From Psammoneis japonica (taxonomy: Eukaryota): a stretch of DNA of 64,000 nucleotides. A program made the translations under genes and the position numbers. Shown one piece after another: positions 38,771 to 51,092 of this stretch (position 1 is the first letter of the stretch; each line of letters begins with the position of its first letter). Location of the stretch: NCBI GenBank assembly GCA_008632985.1, contig QPGO01000040.1:129719-193718 (forward strand), given 5' to 3'. A model generated the notes under the pieces. That model did no database searches, was not told the DNA's origin, and worked only from the letters and a program-made list of their open reading frames with translations.

Positions 38771-38990
38771 TTCTGTACGTTGCTAGCCATTAGAAAGTAC
38801 GCGCGCCAACGATGGATGGGGTCGAGAATTCTTTGTGGGGTACCAGCCATAGCTAGCTAACTATTCATAGTCATTCCCACGGGTCTTTTGTATCCCGATC
38901 GCCACATTCACATTTTGGACTATCCATATCTGGAACCAACAGGATGACATGGCACTTGCTACGTGAAATAAGATTATGTTAACAACAATT

Positions 38991-41900
38991 TTAGATTCTA
39001 TATCGCACAAAGAGTCGAGGGGGGCGCGAACTATCAGGGTCGTCGAAAGTTCGAACTCTTCTTCCAGATTCAGTTCCATCATTCATCAGTATTATCTTCA
39101 TTGCATTCCCATATGCGTAATCAGGAAGATCAACAAGCTCTTGTATTATTGGAGAAATGTCACCCACGCTGTTGTATTCATTCACTTGCCAAGTTGGAAG
39201 ATTTTCAATCCTCACAACAGCATTGGTTTTCCCCACATCTCGCAATTGAAAGGTTTCGTATTGAAAAGGAGGAGAATTTCCCGTTTTTTCTCCTTGAATT
39301 GTACCTACGACATTTCTGTCCAAGGAAGTACTACTCTTGCCTTCAAGTTCAAGGCGGGCTTCCAGAATCGTCGCGCCCTGAGGAATGGGTACGTTCACAA
39401 ATCTATAGGCTTGTCTCTCATGAGTGTCCGCAAACAGAACATGTGTTCTTCCTCCAGTTCCGATTGAGCCCCCTGTGTTTTCCTTGTAGTCGTCTTTGGA
39501 ATCAGTAACGAACACTTCAATCTCTTGTGGTGGAGCTGGCAGATTATCCGTACCTGGTATGTACGATACGATGATTCTAGTGTTGAAGCCACTTTCTGTG
39601 GTGAGAATCTTGCGAACACCGCCATTGTTGTCCCCGACAAGGAAGATTTCGATAGGATTCCCTTCGTTGTAATCATTACGATTTACGATCTCTTGTATAA
39701 TAGGCGAAACATCGACCAGTTCTTCGTCCTCTAGTCTGTGCCAAGGAGGTAAGTTTGGATCAATTGTTACTTTCGCCGCGGTTTTTGCAGCATTGGTAAT
39801 ATAGTGAGCATCTCCCGTGTATGTCTGAGGATCTCCAGTGGCGTGCCCAACTGCATAACCGGACAACTGGCTGTCAAAGAACCGGTCATCATCAAAGGGA
39901 CGGACATAGATCTTTGCCGAAAGAATTTGAGCGCCACGAGGAATAAGACCAATTCCAGCTGGTTCAAACCAGTAGCCATGCAAGTACCAGTTAGATCCGA
40001 ACATGTTGTGTACTGCTTGAGAGTTTTTCATGGCACCATTTTCTTTCTCTCGGTAGTCGCCGGCTTCTGATTTGATTTCCAGCCCTGCTTTTTTAGATCC
40101 TATAGAAGATTCGGGTGTGAGTTGCATGTCTTTGACTTCGAGCGCGGTTGAGATACAAATTCCTACCTTGAACGTGCCCTGGACAAAAGAGCCTATTGGC
40201 CTCGTCATCAAGATAAACCATTGTACGGGCGAAATCAGGAGGTCCTAGAACTCTCTCGCATACCTCGACCACAAGGTCAACGCCATTATGAAAATTGGGG
40301 TATCTGAACGGAAGGGTTTTCTCGGAGATTCCCGCGAGCAACCAACTTTGATCACTTGGACCATCCTGCTCAACTATCGTCACAAGGTTTTCTTTGTCTT
40401 GAACTTGTGAGTTGATTCCTTTCTTGCGATTGAACATGACGTACAGGTCGTTGGAAGTTTGGGAGACAATCCTGAGAATCACAGCTTGATTGGGAGAGGT
40501 TTGACCATTAACATAGTCGTCAATCCCGACGATCTTCCCTTCCGCGGACGATATAGTAGGATCAAGGGCAACTGCTCGGTCAGCGTACCAGCCAAAGTTC
40601 CAAGATTTCGCAGCGTTGAAGCACATCCGCGGAGCATCATCTTCGTAAAGATGAGATCCCATCATGCAAGTTCGGTCATCATAGAAATAGTCTCCTTTTC
40701 CCGAGTGCCTATTGAAAAGTTAAGTAATGCGAAAGAGCACAGACGATGTGTTAGGATTCAAACTATAGGAAAGCATGGCAAAAGATTGCATAACGAATGC
40801 TTACCGATTGCCCATGTTGTGCCCTATGAGTGCAATGAAAACAAAAAGTTCTGTTAGAAGGCCACCGATACAAACGTGGAGCAAGATAGGCAGCAACTCT
40901 GACGTACCAACTTCGTGCATGAGTACAAGTAAATTAGAGCTGTACTGATCATTGTAAACCGAGTGATGAGCACCAACGTAGGTATAAGCCGCAGCACCTT
41001 GGAAGTCCACCGTGCCGGGAAAAATGTACATGACAAGGCCCCACTGATCAAGTGGTCCCACCACGGTGGGTGCGAATTCTGTAACCTTGTTTTCTGCGAC
41101 GGTGCTTGGTAGCTGAGCAAGAGACTCAGGAAGTTGGATCTCAACTACACCACGATCGATATTAGGTCCCGAGCCTGGAACGAAGTCAAGCTTACCACCA
41201 GAACAAGCAAGATACTGGGAACGCTGTTTCCGAGCGAACGACGAAAGACATTAGAATGGAAAACCGACAGAGCTACTGTTCTAAATACCTAAACTTACCA
41301 GATTGTGCGGATCGTCGTGGTACCCAAAGATATCACCCCTTAGATCAAAAGCCGTCCTAGTCGGAGCAGTTCCGTTCACATCAGTGACTCGTATCACCAA
41401 AATGGTGTGATTTCCTTCCGTAGCCACAGAGGTTCTGCGGTGACGAAAGGCAGCGGCGGATTCTGTTCTGGTACGGAGCTTGATGCCAGCACCTTTAGGA
41501 ATGTAAACGTCTTGTGGGGTATTCACACCGCCGGCCCTATCAGTTGGATAAGTGATGGTAAGAAGCGTCTTGCCACTTTCAATGTGTCGCTTAAGCTTTG
41601 GAAAGAAGTCATTAGGCAGACCGTGTAAGCTTTTAATTGCGTGATCTTCGTCCAAGAATTCACAGCGCCATTCTCCTCGCTCTCTTTCTTCTTCAGGTTG
41701 GTGATCTTCTTTGAATAAGTAAATCGCTTCCACCAGAATGCACGAAATGGATTTCACGTCGTCGTCAATGCTTCCTTCTTCGCGGTCTTCCTTCTCGTGA
41801 GAAAGCTGATGAATAGTTATCTCCTCAAACTTCTGAAAGAGAAAGTAAACAGAGAGGACATAAGAAAAACTCTTTTACAAGGTCATTTACGATCAACGTC

Positions 41901-42045
41901 TGCCGCCTGTATGAGACAAATCGATCAATACACCTGACTCTCGCGTCTTTTCCCTACTCACTCCGTCAGCAAGTTCAGCAGTGGTAGCTTCGATGTCCCA
42001 CGGTGAAAAAAGAGCTGCTATTGTAATCAAAAGGAAGAAGTTCAT
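38991..42045 (-). CDS. Secreted M11 protease B with two C-terminal modules; multi-exon (includes intron 40100-40166)
   Basis: Signal MNFFLLITIAALF, HEV|GHNMGN|RHSG, DRTCMMGSH, CFNAAKSWNFGWY. Confidence 0.85.
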
Positions 42046-42572
42046 GGTTGCACACTGGTTAATGCGGCAACGCACTCGATGCTTGGTGCTTGGTGCAATG
42101 AGAGGATTTATTTGTTGCGCTCGCTCGAAAACGTGACAAGAGAGGCACACACCGGGCATAAACATCAAAGTGTTTCGTCTGAAATGTCGTTTCTGGAGTC
42201 ATAAATTTAGATATTGTGATTAGTACTTGGCTAGGTAGAAACGACAAAGATTTACATGATCGTCAACAATTACAATGACTCTTCAAAAACCGTGTTTGCA
42301 TGACCTGTAATGACTTCTCCTCGTACCCAAGTTTAGATGGACGGACTGACTCGAACCAACCCCGCTCGATGACTATGACCCCTCGCTTGATCCATGTCGG
42401 AAGTAGGGGACTTCCGACTCAAGATGACCCAGTCTAGTCTTCCGACTGTGACCGGTCAAACTTCGGTCTTCGCTTCTCTCACTTTTCCAGCTTTGTTGGA
42501 ACAGGAACCCTGATCAACGTGACTGGATCACACAAGCTCGGAAAAGCATTGTTCTTTTTAGTCTCTCTCATC

Positions 42573-45040
42573 ATGTCGGATTTCTTCATCTCGGGTGTCT
42601 CGGATGATGCGTTCGTTGATTTGGCTCATCAGCTGGAGTCTGATGTTGTCTCACCACTCTCGTCGAGCTCTCCGGTGGCTCCCTCTCCTCAGGCTCGCCC
42701 TTCTGGGGCTGCACGACAGGGGGGGTCACGGGGGCTTAAATCCCCAAGGCGCAAGTGAGGACATTTTGGGGGGTTGCAGTCATCCCCAATCGGACATTGA
42801 CAGGGCGGAGTCACCCAGGGGAAGTCATTTCCCACCCTCCAGGAACTCACGTTTTGGAAGGAGACGCATCCAGCCCGTTTCAGAGGGAAGCTCGCTTGAC
42901 TCGGGTGGGTTTCTTTGGGCGGGATTCAGTGGGTGATGTCGGGGGCATGCTCGAGGTGGAGGAGGAAGGCACGTCTTCTTCGTCCTCGCATGTGTCTCGT
43001 TGTCGAATCACCTGGCTGGAGACAACTGGAGCACCTCGGTGCTTGGGGGTCAAGGGCGGAGGAGCCACCTTCTGCCTCAAGAAGGCAAGCGAGTGCAATG
43101 TGAAGAACAAGGGCGGAAGGACAAACATCCCGGCAGTGGGGATGACAGCGATTCTCAAGTCCCCGGATGCGGGGTTTTGTCAACCCACCCCAGACGGAGG
43201 GAGCATGTCTGGCGAGGTGTCAGTTAAGTGGGAATCGGAGTCAGGTGCCCTGGCTGGGTGGCGGCAAAAGTTTTTGTTTCTGGGCAACGGTGAGCCCTTT
43301 TTTACCAAGGACGAGGTGGAACCTGCTCCAAAGGAGTGTGAAAAGGCGGCCGATTTCAAGACACCGGCTCGCAAGCAGTGGCCAGAAACCACCTTGCCTC
43401 ACGAAGATGCCGTCCTGGAGAGATTCATCCCGCATGAAAAACAAATGCTCTCCACACCGGCACAATTCCTGGTGGCAAACAAGAGTCCATCCGCTTTGGC
43501 TCGGGTGGTGCAATCAACCGAGGATGGATTGAGGCAAGCCGGGGAGGCACCAGCCGAACCAGGTGACAAAGCTGGGAAGTGTTTCCATGCTGCGGAGTCC
43601 ATGGTTGACGTTCTCAGCTGAAAACTGGATCAACTCAACGCGTCTCTCGGCACTCCGACCCAGGGATTTGACGAGGCTCTCCTTGCCCCCATGCTTTGGG
43701 GCACCCTGGCGAACGTTGCATCTCAGGAAACAGGAACCCAATCCACGGACCTGCTGGACCACATCACACAAGTGGAAACGGGGTGGAGAAACCAATCCAA
43801 CAATCTCGTGAGAATGTTCAACGAGAGGTTTCAAGGGATGCAAGATTGGATGGGATCCACGGCCAGTTGCATGGATCTGGAAAACCTGAAAAGAAACATG
43901 CTTTGGGTTTGCACCCAGTTGACCTCAAAGGTCAGGTCGTTAGAGTCTCAGGGAGCTGTGGGGTTCGCACCACCAGGTGTGCCATGTGACCAAGGTTCCG
44001 TGGATGCACGCCTCACTCGACTGGATCGGGCGGCAAGAGTGAGCCACGCACAAAATCGGACAAATCAGCTGTCAAGTTCTTGGGGTTGGTGCATCGTCCT
44101 GCAAGGAGTGCCAGGCTTGGATGACACAACATTTCCCTTCGAGGGCGCATGGATGTTTAACCGACATTGTCTTGCTCTTGGATCGGATCAAAGGAATTGA
44201 GCCAATGGCCCTGCATCACTTTTTATCTCAGTGGGCCAAGCGTGTGAGCATGAACATTGCGACCAAGGAAGATGCGCGAACTTTGGCAGGCTTCCAATGC
44301 CGCATGCCTCGGATTTTTGACTCGGGATCTGCAAAGTCGGCTCAGACCTTGGGGTTGTGCATCCCTCCCACTTGGACAGGGTCGAGACTTACGAACATTG
44401 GTCGTCTGGGAACGTGGGGACGAAGCACTTCATTGAGGGGAAGATCGCCTCGATGGAAAATGATGTCATGGAGGACATCAACCAATGCATTAGACCGGGC
44501 ATGTTTGAGAGCCAGGCAGTGTGGGATGCTTTGTCTAAATTGGTGGCTTTCCTGCTGGCACTGACTCAGTTTGTCGACTCAACTTGTGCTTCCCTCGCTG
44601 ATCTGAGCAAGTTCTTGAAGAAGCAAGCATGGTCCTTGACCTCCAAATTGATGCATCGCATCTTTGAGGACATTCACAAGGCGCGTTCGGGGGCATTTGC
44701 CTCCATTTCAGGCACGGACCCAGACGCAGTGTGCAGCAAAATTTTGTGGGCGGTGTTTCGAACCCAGGATGTTGTGGCCGAGTGCACGTCCATGGGGTTC
44801 GCCGATCACCCCTCGATGGCATTGGAATGTGTCAAGTTTCTCGTGACTTGTTCCGCTTTCAAAGTGGTTGCGGACTTGCAATCCATGGTTCTGACGTTGA
44901 CGGAGAAAGCCAAAAACGCTGGCTCTGAGGCAAAATCAGCCCAGGCTCATGGGGATGCGGCTCACGTGGAACTGGGAAAATTGCGGACGGAGGTGAAGGA
45001 CTTGACTCGCCGTCTGAAAGCTCTTGAGAACAAGAAGTGA
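42573..45040 (+). pseudogene. Retroelement ORF1 (gag-like), fragmented
   Basis: Cys-containing N-terminal region, then KKQAWSLT..RIFEDI..ARSG..ILWAVFRTQDV..FADHPS..ECVKFL and a C-terminal coiled coil. Confidence 0.55.
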
Positions 45041-45049
45041 AGCTCGTGG

Positions 45050-48000
45050 GGAATGGAGAAACTGCGGGAGGGTCCGGTCTCGATTGACAGGCCCACCAAC
45101 CCAAGGCATGTCATGCAGGGCCGCAAAGCCTTCTCATTTCAAGGAGCTTGTTTGGTTCTTGCTTCCGGTCCCCCAATTTGGCTTTCATCTTGTGCCACTG
45201 TTCTGACATCACTTGCACTTCCCACTGGAGTCCCCTGTCAGTGGAGATGTTCCAAAGCCAGTTGGGTGCCTCCTTGGCATGGGTCTCTTGGTCTGGTGTG
45301 GGACACCTCGCTGCCCAGGTTAATCTTGTGTTTGTGTCGGGCCCACCCTCATTCCTCGAATCTGCTGTGCATGTCATCTGCTCTGCACCCTTGATTGTGA
45401 TCCCCGTGGGAAAAATTTCGAGACGCAGCCTCCTTGGACTGCGCCAGTTCCAGCGTCGGGATGTTGCACATGCAGTGGCAGGTGGCGTTGCTTCCTTCCG
45501 CACAACACTGTTCTGGGGCAAGGGGTGCCCGCTCCGGTCTTTGACGGAGGCCTGCTGTCGGTCCATCATCGGGCATGTCATTGATTGCAAGCTTCCCGGG
45601 CCGCCATCGCCCCAACACCCCCATGATGATTTTTGCACGGAGGCTGACCATCTTGATCCTCAGTTCTTGAACCGACCGGTCGTGTGCCCATCTCATTGGT
45701 CTGTGACAGGTTGGGTCTCCCGCGCTCTCTCTGTGGATGAAACATTGGCAGCCTGGGATTTCCTTTTGCATTTCTGCATGCCTCAGGTGCACCGGGCCTT
45801 CGAGCGGGGTTTTTCGCTTGTCCCGTTGAACCTCCTCACCCTGTTTGTGGAAGCGTTCATTGACAATGCCCCCCAGGACTCGTCGCAGCCTGGGCATGTG
45901 GTTGGCGGGGACACTGTGCCTGAAGTTCCGGTTCATGGGGCTGGAACTTGGCCACCTGCCCTTCGGCGGCATTTGCCACACACTTGGATCAACATGTCCC
46001 TCACAACTGCGAAGGCCGCTGAGGGCGATGCAGCGGCGCCTTCATTTCGTTTGTGGGACAAGCTGATTGCTCTGCTTTTCCCGGTCTTTGGAAAGGTTTT
46101 ACCTGCCCTTCGGGACTTGACCCATTGATGGTGGTGGAGGCGGACTCTTCGGTCCTTTCTGTCACACCTGCACTGGGTGCATGGCCCGACATGGGGCGCC
46201 ATGTTGGCCACACAACGTCGGCGTTTTGGGGATGCTACAGGGCGTCTTCAGGGGGGGGGTTGTCGCCACCCTCCACTCCCATCTTTGCCACTTGACGCAC
46301 ACCTTGGGGCAGACGTGTTGACACAAGTGTTGGCCAGCACATGGCAGAACTGGGGCCGAGGTTTGTCCCTTCTATTTTGGTGATGGCCCACTCCAGAGCA
46401 GCGGGTTTGCGCTCGGGATGGGATCCAGATTTTTGTTGACGGTCCCCTCCCTCGCAATCGTCGCCGCCAGCGAATACGGTGTTCAGAACATGAGATCCTC
46501 AGGATGGCGGACAAGACACAGAAAGTCCGAGACCAAGGATGCATCTGTCATGGCAGGGTGATCAGCTTAACAGACTATTTCTGGGTCCCAAAGACCGTCC
46601 GAGTGGAGCCCCAGAATGGACGGTTGGTGGAAATCGTCGAGGATGTGTGGATGGTTTACAATGGGACTTCTTCCAGATTAAATGATGCCTTGTGGGCACC
46701 CTCCTTTTTCTTGCCCACCCGTTTCGGTTCTGGGCTGCATGACCCATTCTACGTTCTCGGTGGACCTTGATCTTGGCAATGTGTTCTTGAATTTTTTCAT
46801 GGATCCCAACATCCGGCCCTGTGCGGGATTGACTTAACCCCGCTCAAGCCGTGTCTCCCGTCGCCGGAGCCGATCTCGGGGGGTCCACTCTGGTTCGAAC
46901 GATGGAACCGCTTGTTTGTGGGGATGCATCCCAGCCCTTGCTTGGCGGTTTGGGCATTCCATTGGGCCGATGAGATTGCCCGAGGCGATCCACAATGATC
47001 TTTGACATTGTGGGGTGTGACAAGCTTGTCCTAAACTTGCCGAGTGACCCAAATTTCCAGATGGAAAACCCATTTGTCATGAAGTGCAATTCACGTTGGA
47101 AGGAAATTGCTGGGGACATCAAAACATTTGCAGACGACTTGCGAGGAATGGGGGCGAGCGAGGAATCCGCATGGCAAGTGGCTCACCAAATGGCCTCACG
47201 GTTGCAGCATCTTGGTCTGCAGAAAGCGGCCCGGAAGGCACGCCCCCCTTCTCAAGTTGAACCAGAGCTTGGGCAGGCGCCATCTTCAGAGTTATTGACA
47301 GGGACGTCACTCAGTCTGTGGCTCAGGCTAAATGGGATAAAGCCAAGGTCATCATTGCCGATTTGCTTGGTTTCCATGCAAATTGGCCTGATGGCTTTCT
47401 CCCCAGTTTTGACTTCAAGGATCTAGAGCGGAAACAGGGTTTTCTGGCACACCTTGCGATGACTCACTCTTTCCCAACACCATTCTTGAAAGGCATCCAC
47501 TTGACCCTTGACTCATGGTGGCCAAATCGAAAAGAGGACGGTTGGGCGATGACAGGAAAGGAGTTCGTGAATTGGATTCATTGTCTCGCTGAGAAGCGGG
47601 GCCTAGACCCATCAGAGGTTGCAGAGGGGCTAAGGGATCAGCCGCCACCTCTGCAGGTCACAGCAGTCCCTCATCTGTTCATGGACTTGACAGCTGTGTC
47701 CCGCATTGTGGAGTCTCCTGCCCCCACTGTGGTGATCATCAGGTTGTCAAAAATCGTCTCAGTCCTCTACGGTTTTGGTGATGCATCCGGAAAAGGGCTC
47801 GGCACGTCCCTGGAAGCATCGGACGGAACAATTGTCTTTCGGATCAGTGTGTGGGGCGATGACGAACTGGGAAACTCTTCGAATTGGAAGGAATTGTCCA
47901 ATGCGGTCGATGCCATCCAGGAACTTGGAGAGGAGGGCAAATTGACTGGCATGTGCTTGTTCTTTTTTACAGACAACTCGGTTGCTGAATTGGCTTGGCA

Positions 48001-48679
48001 CAAGGGCACCTCTTCCAGCCCCCTCCTGCTTGAGCAAGTCATTCGGTTAAAATCTTTAGAGGCCAAGCATGGGATTGGGCTGTGTCTCACACACGTCTCG
48101 GGAGGTCGGATGACAGCTCAGGGTACGGACGGAGTCTCTAGGGGAGTCTTGTCTGAAGGGGTTATGAACGGAGCCAAGATGTCATCATTCGTGCCCCTTC
48201 ATCTTGGAGCCACTGCTCGGTCTCCCACTCTTTTTGCGTGGGTTCAATCTTGGGCTGGTGCCCCGCCTCCGGAGCTGCTGACCCCCTTGGAGTGGTGTCA
48301 GAAGGGACATGACATTGCGGGGGGGAGTTGCCCAGACCACGAGGCAATCGAAATGCCCCAGTTCAAGTCAGGCACTTGGGTTTGGGCCCCGCCTCCAGCT
48401 GCGGCAAGGGCGGCTCTGGAAGAGCTCCACATCACTGGGATCAAACGCCAGACATCATTTCACACATTCATCTGCCCACGCTTGATGACGCCGGAGTGGC
48501 AGAAGCAGTTGTACAAGGCGGCAGATCTTGTGTTCACCATTCCGGCTGGAGCAAGACCTTTCTGGCCAGGTGACATGTTTGAGCCATTGCCAATCGGCCT
48601 TCTTTTTCCGTTCATTTCCTGCAGCCCTTGGCAGCTTCGGGGAACCACAAAAATGCATGCTGTGGACCGGTCCTTGTGA
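45050..48679 (+). pseudogene. Retroelement RT + RNase H (DIRS-like), fragmented
   Basis: FWVPK..MVYNGTSSRLNDALWAP.F, TFADDLR (YxDD-like), LQHLGLQKAARK, YGFGDASG, SSNWKEL, FTDN, HVSG.RM.AQGTDGVSRG, WAPPPAAA. Confidence 0.8.
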
Positions 48680-50191
48680 CGAGTGTGGCCGGACACTGCG
48701 GTGGACGAAAGGCACATTCTGCACAAATTTTGTGCACAATGCAGGAATCTGGCCGGCATGTCGGAGAAAGCATTGTGTCCAGGGTGCCACACTTTGAGAG
48801 AAAGCATGACATTCCATCTGGGAGGGACCCTGTCGGACGACCCTCAAAACAACGATGCTCAAACTCTCGGGGCTGACCGCCCTTGGTTGGACAATGATGT
48901 GTGGTGTCGGAAGCCACAGGACAAAAACAAATTCATGCGGGCTCACGCAGGAGACCATCTTGTGGTGGCGTTTGCTGAGTGCGACTCCTGTGTCTTTCAC
49001 AAGCTGCACCAGAGGGAACCCGTGCCATCATCACCTAGAGACAAGGTTGCCCCAGCTTGCATCCGACGGGTGATCCTGGATGCCTTTTGGAGCAGGGAAT
49101 CTACAATGGTTGAGGCGAGTGCGGCAAGAGTTGGCCGGGGCCTAACCTCATCCAAGCGTTTGGGCCTGATGGGCCCTCACCTGGAACCAGGTCTGCTCCC
49201 GCCCATGATCACTGTGGGTGCGAGGTCACGATGCAGATCGTCTTGGCATCGACGGCTGCAGGGAAACACTCGCAGTCGTGCACTCAGTTTGATGCGATGG
49301 GAAATTGCGCACTGCGCGCTCCAATCAGGTGCGTGCTTCTGCCCAGGCTAATTCATGTGCTTCAGCGTTGGGCGACTTGGAAGGAAAACAGCATCTCAGA
49401 TGTGTGAGGACCACGTGCCTCGCTGTGGTTCCAACATTTTATGACCGGGTGCAAGAGATGGATGGGCCAAGACTGGAGGCCCGACAGGGCAATGTCAGTG
49501 GACGTCATGCAACACCTCTTGCCTCGGGTCGAAGAGAAGGCTCTTTGAGCCCCAGGAGAGGCAGACAGATTCATGTGCCTTCCTGCAGATTGCACTTTGC
49601 GGCGAGCTACGTCTTGTCCCTGCGGGGCCCAGAAGGTTTGCTCATGGACTTGGGTGCAATGGCAAAGCATCCACCAAGACACACTGAGCATGTTGCAGTC
49701 CCCCTTTTGGGGCGAGTGAAGGGAGAACATGGGGAGTGGCAGCACCTCCTCCCAAGTGTCAATGTGACCAGCTCAGGGACCAACCTTCAATTTTGGGTGG
49801 AGACAGCAGTTTCGTTACACTGGGTCATCGGCGAACGCGCGGACCAGCCATGTCGGATGTGGACGGTCAAGTCTTGTCTACGAAAAAGCTTGGCACTTTC
49901 CTGCATGAAGTTCTGGGAGACATCTGTGATGATCACCCAAGCTTGTTTGCAGCAGACATCACCTCTCTTGCTGACACACAGGACAAATGTGATGTGAGCC
50001 GGTCATTCAGGAGGGGATCTGACTCTTGTGCCATTGCTCAAAAGGTGTCGGAAGATGACATTGATGTCGTCAACCATTGGAAAAAGAAGGAGAGGTTGGG
50101 GGCGGCTCGACCCACCCACAAAATGTGGCAACACCATGCCGACATCACCCTTCTTTTGCCCTCTTTCCTGCATTGCACCAAGGCCATGTGA
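48640..50191 (+). pseudogene. Retroelement tyrosine recombinase, fragmented
   Basis: IRRVILDAFWSRE, LSLRGPEGL, PLLGRVKGE, SRSFRRGS, and IDVVNHW..MWQHHA, where the probable catalytic Tyr reads His. Confidence 0.7.
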
Positions 50192-51092
50192 CTCGGGATG
50201 ATCGCAAGCCCTTGGTGACATCAGCCCCCCGGAGAGCAGCCCTCTATCTTCCTGCTCTCTGGATCGCCATTTTTGGTGGCCACTGCCCAGGATTCTCATC
50301 GGGGGGGGGGGGGGGGGGGGGCAGAGCTCGACCCATCTCAGCCAGCCTCGGGAGTCAATGAGACAAGGTCAAAGACAACTGAGTGGCACAAGACGTTCGA
50401 CGGCTTCAGTTTTCGTGCAGGAAAACTTGGTCTGGCGCATCTTCGTTCGAGGTGGCCATTTGCTCTCTAGTCTGCACCCAACGTCGCGAAATGCCAAAGG
50501 GGACAACACTGGAGTTTGGTCCTCGAAAATGCCCGAGGTGCCAGCACTGCATCGGTTTTTCGGAAGAGCCCCTGTTCTGCTGCAGGACCCTGCGGAGGGT
50601 TTGGATTTTCCCGTCCCCCTTGTGCGGAGCAGAGCTCATGCCGAAAGCTTTACTCCACGAGTCTCCCAAGTGTCCTGATGAATTGTTACTTCTTAGTGGT
50701 TCTTGACTAGGATCATCCGAGAGCTAGTCCGAAGCGGCGGTTCGCAGAGTCTATACTCGGATCCTTCCTGCTGTTATAAATAAATAAAGCACCAGTCATT
50801 CTGAGATACAATTTTGGTCATTTTTTGGCCAGTTCCTTCATCGTCGAATCGAAAGAGACGGAGAGCGCACGACCACAGACTTCCCACAGACAGGCGAGCA
50901 ACAATTGGTTCCTTGCTTCGTTCTCGGTACAGTAGTCTACGTAGTAGACAATGTTGCTCAAAACGTTTTCATTTCTAGCTACCTTTCGCACGCTGTACCT
51001 AGAAATCTAGTTGACTAAGAGCTAGAGCGGTCTACAGGAGAGCAAGGTCAATTCAAAGTTAAAATTCATTCCCGTTAGATTTTCTTACTCAT

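Larger units (their letters stand above)
42305..50790 (+). mobile_element. Degenerate tyrosine-recombinase (DIRS/Ngaro-type) retrotransposon; boundaries approximate
   Basis: Order is gag-like ORF, RT/RNase H, then YR. GC-rich relative to the flanks, with a poly-G run and a (TAAA)n end. Confidence 0.8.

Noticed and set aside
40093..40211. Apparent frameshift in M11 gene B
   Set aside because: Explained by a canonical 67-nt intron (gtagga...tatag, 40100-40166).
1444..50650. Classical RIP or CpG methylation alone as the cause of the compositional blocks
   Set aside because: C->T changes cannot remove TpA or convert Tyr codons to Cys/His. They account only for the CG loss.
50640..50770. Hammerhead ribozyme (ctgatga at ~50674) or tRNA-like fold
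   Set aside because: No stem II followed by GAAA in the required arrangement, and no cloverleaf.
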